From the NCBI GenBank assembly GCA_964036045.1, contig OZ038378.1:170314001-170378000 (forward strand): a stretch of DNA of 64,000 nt. The letters are read 5' to 3'. Under the pieces are notes generated by a model that worked only from the letters and a program-made list of their open reading frames with translations, did not search any database and was not told the DNA's origin. Every line of letters begins with the position of its first letter. Position 1 is the stretch's first letter. Below are positions 57,001-64,000 of the stretch, in pieces. The DNA comes from Eutreptiella sp. 'Long Island Sound 2002'. Taxonomy: Eukaryota > Protista > Euglenida. The translations under genes were made by a program, and so were the position numbers.

Positions 57001-60000
57001 GGGACGGTGCCAATCAGCGGCTCGCCGTTATTACCTCGTGAGCGATGTCAGCCGTTTGCAAGAGGGACGGAATCGTCACATTAAGAATCGTTTCGCCTCC
57101 TGGATGTGTGGGTGTGGTATCGGTGGCGTACGTACACGCGCAAACTAGCCCGCACGCGCCAAAAACCACAATGCGTTTCCGCTAAAACCAGTGTTGCAAT
57201 TTGGTGTACATGGACGGATACGGGGACGGAGTTTCGATGACCTTCCTGGTATGGAATTCCTGAAGTTTAAATCTACCCGGAGCCATCCGTAATCTGCATC
57301 GAGTGCATCCCTCACCCCTCGGTCCTGCTCAGAATCCAACGTGGCCTTGCTTTGTCATTCCCTCTATCTCCCTCTGTTTCATCCTCCTTTTTCAACGATT
57401 CAATTCATGTCCTACAGGAGCATTCCGTGCAGCCTCAGGATTTCGTGTTGTCCGAGATCCTGCAACGTCTCTTGGGTGCAGGGCTGAGTGACCCGGAGCC
57501 TGATATCCGGCTCGCAATTTTCGCGTCCTTGGACAACCGATTCGACCACAGCCTCTGCGTTGGGGACAAGCTCAAGTACTTGATGATCGCTGTCAACGAC
57601 GAAGATCGCAGGGTTCGCGAGGTCGTCATCTCCATCCTGGGAAGGCTAAGCCCAATCAACAGCTCCGGCATCTTGCCCGTGCTGCGGCAGACCATGTTGC
57701 AGGTGTGTGTTTCATGAGAAGGGTCGCGTGTTGTGATGGTCCTGCTTCCATGCCTGCATTGCCGATGTTTCAGACCATGGCACGTCGCCCCACGCTGACC
57801 CATACCCCACGAAAGGATCCATAACCAATACATTACGCACCACTCCGTACACTGTTGTACACTACAATTAATTCGAGGTATCACCAGTCCTGCTACAGGC
57901 CCAATGGATTGTTCCGAGGTATCTGTATCGCCATGAGACCCTATTGATTCATCATACCATCCTTAGTGGTCGCGATTGACCACCACGCCCCACGCAACAC
58001 ACTCCACGCCACACATCACACGCGACACCCGGTACACGTGCAGTCAAAAGTTACAGGAAAGGAAACCAAGGCGTAAGCGTCCGGACATTGCCCTTGGCTG
58101 AGCAGCCCCTGGTCCCATTTTTTGGGGGGCACTCATTAGCCCTTTCCTTTGCACTTGACGATGGGAAAAAGCAGTTCTTCTGGCAGCCGTTAATACGCCC
58201 GCGTGCCTTGAACCATGTCCACGCAATGAATCACCCTCTCGCGGCTCGGTGAAGCCGTCTGAGGGATGTGTAGCGTTTGCGCGTCCATTTGAGAACCATT
58301 GGACAGCTCTGCGGGGCCTTGAAAGCTGAGTGCCGAACAGGGCTGTATTAAATTGCAGATGGACACAAACAAACAGAACTCCCCACTGCAGACCACCCAT
58401 GGTCGCAGGTGCAGGTGCCAACCGCAAGTTTCGGAGTCGCTGCTCGACCAGCGTCAGAGTAAAACCGGGCCTCCGAACACTCCTCAAGACCCTAAGGTCG
58501 ACACCAATATTAGGAAACACACGGAGTCGTGCGCTGGTGTGTGTCGGCGAGTGATCCTGAGAAATAGGACTCATGCTTCGAAATACCATGCAGCCGAGTG
58601 TGGGCCCCAACCATTTCGTGTCCTGAAGCCTCGATGTGTCAACACTGTAGTGCCAAGGCGACAATATGTGGACTTTCCCTTACACCATATCCCATGCTCC
58701 TCTGCAGCTTCTGGCGGAGCTGGAGAATTCTATCGACAGCCGACAGATCGAGTCCGCGGCAGGAATGCTCGCAGCTCTCATTCAGTCCGCGCCGAGCACA
58801 GCACAAATCTACGTTACCAATATCGTGAAAGTGCTGAAGCGCCGTATCACGGATCCGTCGCCGCAGGTTGTCGTGGCCATATTGCAGGTGCTGGGGAACT
58901 TGGCGACCGCAGTGGGCCCCCCGATGATGGAGTTCATCGATTTCTTCTGCCCCATCGTCATTGATATCTTGAATGACAGGTATTGGGCGCACGGTTGGAT
59001 TCAGAGTCGCCTCTTTGGCCCGCAAACAGGGAGGCGGAAGGTGGTTGTTGGAACCGGGTGTTGCCATCCTTCGGGGACACAAGACGAGGCAGCACAACCC
59101 AACGCACAGCACCATCCAGCACACCACACCACACCACACAACACAACACAACACAACACAACACAACACAACACAACACAACACAACACAACACAACACA
59201 ACACAACACAACACAACACAACACAACACAACACAACACAACACAACACAACACAACACAACACAACACAACACAACACAACACAACACAACACAACACA
59301 ACACAACACAACACAACACAACACAACACAACACAACACAACACAACACAACACAACACAACACAACACAACACAACACAACACAACACAACACAACACA
59401 ACACAACACAACACAACACAACACAACACAACACAACACACCACAACACACCACACCACACCACACCGGTGCCCAGCGTGTGGGACCCCGTGCACTCCAG
59501 GTGGGCCCGCAGCATAGAGGGGGTCCGCAGGGCCGCTGCCCACTGCTCTAGCACTGCTAGCTCCCATAGCTGGTGGCGCACCGGGGCCGCCCGCCCGCCC
59601 ATCTTCCGGTCGAGCCACGCCGCGAGCCGGTGTGGTGTGGTGTGAGTTCATCCGCCATGTCGTAGAGGAGTCCATCAGGGTCTGGTACGCTCACGCAAAG
59701 GCGCGCGCCACATTGCTGAAGGCCTGCCTGGGCCTGGGCAGCACGATGGCGTGGGCGTTGCAGGAGCTACATCTGCACCAACAAGCGGAAAGAGAGGGGG
59801 TGCAGCGGGAGCTCCTGGAATAACGACGGTCGCCACGGGGGTGCCAACCAGGTTTTTCCAGACTCCCCCTCTCTCCGCCAAAGATATACATACACACACA
59901 CTGCGCGCACACAACACACACAGCCCCGCTTTACCTTTGCCCTTGGGTAGACATCCCGGCCTTTTGCCATTTGGTAACAGCGCCTTCGGCACACCACACC

Positions 60001-63000
60001 ACACCACACCACAACACAACACACCACACCACACCACACCACACCACACCACACCACAGCACAGCACAGCACAGCACAGCACAGCACAGCACAGCACAGC
60101 ACAGCACAACAACCCTAGAAAGTCATTTTGCATACGCACAACTTGCCTGAACTGTTCAGCCGTAGTTCAACGGCTCGGTTGGACAGCCATTGAACAGCTG
60201 CAGGAACTGTGATACTTCAAGAAGCCACTAGTTGTCATGGGTAGCTTGTGTTTTGATTGCATAACAGGGCAGCAAATGTCTTGAGCAATATCGCCAGTTT
60301 TTGAATAGTCAAAAACGGCGACGGTACGGTAAGATATGAGCGGGACAAGTTGTTTGCCACCCAAAGCATGCGGGTAGTCCTTAAACGGCTGCCGGAGCTC
60401 CAATATGTTTATGATCCGATTGTGGCCATTCGCCGCTGGAAATCTGATTGCCCGATAGTACAGCACATCTCTTGAACTGCATCGCCAGCTTTTGAATCAT
60501 CAGAATCGGACACAGTACGCCTAAGATATGAGTCCGACAAGTTGCTTGCCACAGAAGCAGTTGAGCACCGGTTGATCAGGTAAACCGCGCGGTTTCGCGC
60601 AAAACTGCTGTTCAACGGCTTTTTTTGTACATGTGCAAAATGACTTTCTAGGGAACACAGCACAGCACAGCCAGCACAGCACAGCACAGCACAGCACAGC
60701 ACAGCACAGCACAGCACAGCACAGCACAGCACAGCACAGCACAGCACAGCACAGCACAGCACAGCACAGCACAGCACAACACAGCACAACAAAGCACAAC
60801 ACAACGCAGCACAACGCAACACAACGCAACACAACGCAACACAACTCACATCGCACACGACACAACACAGCACAACACGACTCTACGCAATTTTGTGGGC
60901 TGTTGTGCAGGTCTTCGAGCGCGAAACGGGAGGCGTCGCTGCGGTGCCTCGGCCAGCTCTGTCAGAGCACGGGATACGTCATGCGGCCATACCAGCAGTA
61001 CCCAAAACTGTTCAACAATTTGAAGGCCATGTTTCAGCAGGGCAACAACGAGTCAACTACGTCCCGGCAGGAGCTGGTGCGGGTGCTGGGCATCCTTGGG
61101 GCGTACGACCCCTTCAAATTGCTGTTCTTGCAGTCGGAGGATGGAGAGAAGCAGAAGGTGCTTGCTCTTTGACGTTGATATGTCGTAGATTGTGTTTCGT
61201 TCTGTATTGGTGGGTGTATCACAAAAACATGTTCACCTTCAAAGAGCATGCTCCAGAACCTCATTGTCAGCTTCACTGTTATGATTGCTTTTTGCGGCAA
61301 CCCACCCAATCAGCGCGGTGGACGAAGCAGAAGCCGACAACGTCTTCGGTTGGGTTCTAAAGGCGTCAAAGAGATGGCGAGACAGGGTTATGGGGTTGCG
61401 CCCCTGGAAAGTCCTCAGCAACGAACGCTTCACTGCAATCCACGGCTTTTCGATCTTCCACAACCCTCAGTAGCCTGTGGCAGCTGCCCTCAGATACCAC
61501 AACAATCTTCCATAAACTCACCACACCCTTTTGACCTCTCTCTACGTCCCCCCACCAGTCCTCCACAACGTTTCGCAACTTCGCACAACCTACTGCAATT
61601 TCTTACAAGGCTCCAAACCCTTCCTGCATAACATCCAACCATCTTCAATGAGCAATCATTTGGAAGCTTGCAAGTTGGCAAGTTGCATTAATAAGAGCAC
61701 TGTTCCCGTGCCCAAGTTTCTGCCTATGACCTAGTATACATTGACACCGTCTCAAGCAATCGGGTGACGTCTTGCCGAAAGGCGTGGCTCATGACACCCC
61801 TCTGCAACCCTGGATCCTTGACAAGCCACTCCTCGGCAATATTGCATCACCCTCAACAACTCGTCAACCATCTTTCCCCTTTCTCATACTGGTAAACACC
61901 CTAGGAAATCCTCAAAACCCGTCAACCAGTCACCTTCCACAACCTCCACAACTACGTGAAATCCTCCATAACTCTCAACCCTGAGCCAATCCTCCAGAAG
62001 GACGCATCAAGTCACAACCCTCTACAACCTTCAATGACTGTCAATAAAGCTCAAAAAACCCTGTAAAATACATTGGGCCCTAACACTGCCCTGGACAACC
62101 GTCAATGACACTGCACAACCGTCATCAACCATCCACAGCTCTCAACAAGTCTCAATCAGCCTCAACGTTTTCTCAAAATACCCCACCCCTATTCTATTCT
62201 GTCTTCTGCACCCTTAACAAGCTTCTGTGGCCATAATGCTCCTTAATCCTCCGCAGCTTTGCCACTCTTCAACAATCTTCAACAATCTCCCACAACCTAA
62301 TAAACAGTCTCCAGCCATCACCCTCTGAAATTCTCAAAAATCCTCAATCATCAAGCGCCAACTCCCTTGAACAGGCAACCACCTTTGAACTGTCAACCCA
62401 CTGCTCCGTTACGGAAAATGTTTCAGGCTGCTGTTGTAGGAGCTCGGAAGCGGGGTGGTCTCCAAAAGGGCCGTGTTCGCAGATCCGCCCCCTCGTATGG
62501 AGCGGCTTGTGCTTGAAAATGCCGCTCAACGGCATCGGAACAAACACCCTCCGAAAGGAAGGGATCATCCTGGAACGCCTCACGCAGTGGTACAAGCATA
62601 TACCCCTGTGTTTACGATGGACACCCTGTGAATGCCATCCGCCGGGGGGGCACCATAGTGCAGACCATCCGCCCCCCCCCGCCCCGGGGCACGGCGCCGC
62701 ACTCCCACGAAAGAAATGGCCTGATTTGAGTTACAGACCAACACTCACGAACATAACAATGGGGGGAATGGGACAGAAAGCACGTCTTGGCAGTTCTTGC
62801 CGCAGTTGCCGCTGCACTGCTTGCCACGTCGCCTGTGACTTGCATTATGGAGGCTTTGGACGTTTTCCTGTCATATCGTCGTTCTCTCAGGTACGCTTCA
62901 CTCACATTTATACAGTTTTGTTCGATTTTCCGTCCCTTTCCCCCCCCGCCCCCGCCACTGCCCTGTAAGCAAACCTTTTTTCCACCACTATTTTGAGAAG

Positions 63001-63497
63001 GGGCAGGGGGCTATTACTGCATTGCTTTTTTTCTTTGCAACCTCAAAAATCCCAGCCCCGTACTGCTCTTGCCGCATGCCTCTCGCACGTGCACGAAACA
63101 GCTCCCTGTGCTGCAGGTGCAGAACATGCCGCTGACAATCGGCAGCATCAAGGACAAGAAGCTGCGGTCCCCGGATTACTACACCAAGACGGTTCTGGGG
63201 GCGCTCATCGGCATCCTCATGGACCAGACCCTGTCGCCGTTCCATAAGGCGGCCATGCAGGCGGTCATGAGCATCTGCGCGAATTTGGGTGCGAAGTGCG
63301 CCCCGTTCCTGGACATCATCATCCCCAACTTCTTGGCACTGTTCACGTCGGTGGACTCCCTCAACCACAAGAAGTACATCTTCACGCAGATCGGGAAGAT
63401 CGTGCAGATCACACGACGCGCCATGGCTCCGTATCTGACGCCGTTGATCGAACTGGTCATGGCGGTGTGGGACGACAAGGAGTTGCTGCCGTATCTG
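54015..63497 (+). CDS. TOR: Target of rapamycin kinase, 5' part (HEAT repeats), continues beyond the window; exons 54015-54148, 54334-54454, 54639-54865, 54940-55062, 55270-55377, 55714-56488, 56661-56957, 57418-57702, 58708-58979, 60911-61157, 62440-62589 (tentative), 63117-63497
   Basis: Phase-consistent GT-AG exons give TOR N-terminal motifs: AGILAID, YAAVVVLKELA, IREGAAEA, HGSLLVIAE, LLALRML..FD...EFVRD, IRKEAALTC, DPEPDIR..LD.RFD, LGRLS.IN...LP.LR, LGQL..STGYVM.PY..YP, RVLGILGAYDP, DYY...L..IL.D.TLS..H. The kinase, FRB and FAT domains are outside the window. Confidence 0.93.
59120..59466. repeat. (CACAA)n pentanucleotide microsatellite in TOR intron 9
   Basis: Direct reading, with (CACCA) variants at the edges. 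Confidence 0.98.
59990..60110. repeat. (CACCA)n/(CACAG)n microsatellite
   Basis: Direct reading. Confidence 0.97.
60113..60653. mobile_element. 541-bp non-autonomous DNA transposon (MITE) with 20-bp perfect TIRs beginning CCCTAGAAAG (piggyBac-like)
   Basis: ccctagaaagtcattttgca (60113-60132) and tgcaaaatgactttctaggg (60634-60653). The first 10 nt match the Trichoplusia ni piggyBac terminus. The flanks are not TTAA. Confidence 0.8.
60656..60880. repeat. (CACAG)n/(CACAA)n microsatellite
   Basis: Direct reading. It continues the array interrupted by the MITE. Confidence 0.97.
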
Positions 63498-64000
63498 GTG
63501 TGTGTCCGTGTACACATCACGCAGTCCCCCTCAGCCTCACCCAATGCTCCCTACCCTGCTCTCAGCCACAGCTCCCTCGCAGCCAGGCCTGCTCTCCCCA
63601 CCCGTTTAGCCCCGAGGGAAGGAGTGCGTTGTCAGAGCTGAAGTCCCGGAACGAGTGGGGTACTGTGACAGGAGTCAACAGGGGAGGGGGGGTTGTCGTG
63701 GCTGAGGATGTGGGAGAAGGTGTGCTCCCGGTGGAGTGTGGGGTCAGGTCAAGTGGGGTGTCATGACAGGGGCTGCATGGTCGATGCTGTTGATGAATGT
63801 GGCACAGCGGCCAGTGTTCTTTCGGGATTTTGCTTTGCTCTGGATTCCTGGAAGATTGGTGTGCTGCAGCCCAAGACCCCTCCCCCCGTTCTTTGTAGCC
63901 CAAAATGGGAGCGGCTCCTTTGTGGGGTGTAGCTCAAAGGGAATGTTGTTGCACTGCGCGCCACTGCCGGGCACTGACTTACAGCTCCAGGTCTTTGCCT

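Noticed and set aside
58639-59675. Long ORFs with CCVVL/HNTTQ repeats
   Set aside because: Translations of the (CACAA)n microsatellite in TOR intron 9.
61480-62400. G-poor, C/A-rich stretch in TOR intron 10
   Set aside because: Degenerate low-complexity repeat with no defined unit, termini or coding signal.

Overview
Repeat-rich, intron-rich eukaryotic genomic DNA, most likely a protist. A euglenid-like origin is only an inference from intron style, homopolymer G-runs and repeat content. Three spliced genes were reconstructed by hand with phase-consistent exons. (1) A secreted Hedgehog-type Hog (Hint plus sterol-recognition) autoprocessing protein on the minus strand, 2 exons, 34997-37931. 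(2) A 7-exon 3beta-HSD/NSDHL(ERG26)-like sterol C4-decarboxylase on the minus strand, 42586-50762, with one GC-AG intron. (3) The first 12 exons (HEAT region) of a TOR kinase on the plus strand, from 54015 and continuing past the window end. Between 11433 and 24231 lies a near-identical tandem array of about 2.27-kb units, each apparently carrying a 4-exon gene for an unknown 213-aa protein. The array was later hit by a (CCAAA)n-tailed SINE-like retroposon with a 10-bp TSD and by a Helentron/HINE-like element. The rest is decayed retroelement remains (copia-like gag, LINE C-termini), MITE/foldback elements (including one with piggyBac-like CCCTAGAAAG termini inside a TOR intron microsatellite), a tRNA-Ala-derived element and microsatellites. 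All homology calls come from motif recognition, not database searches.
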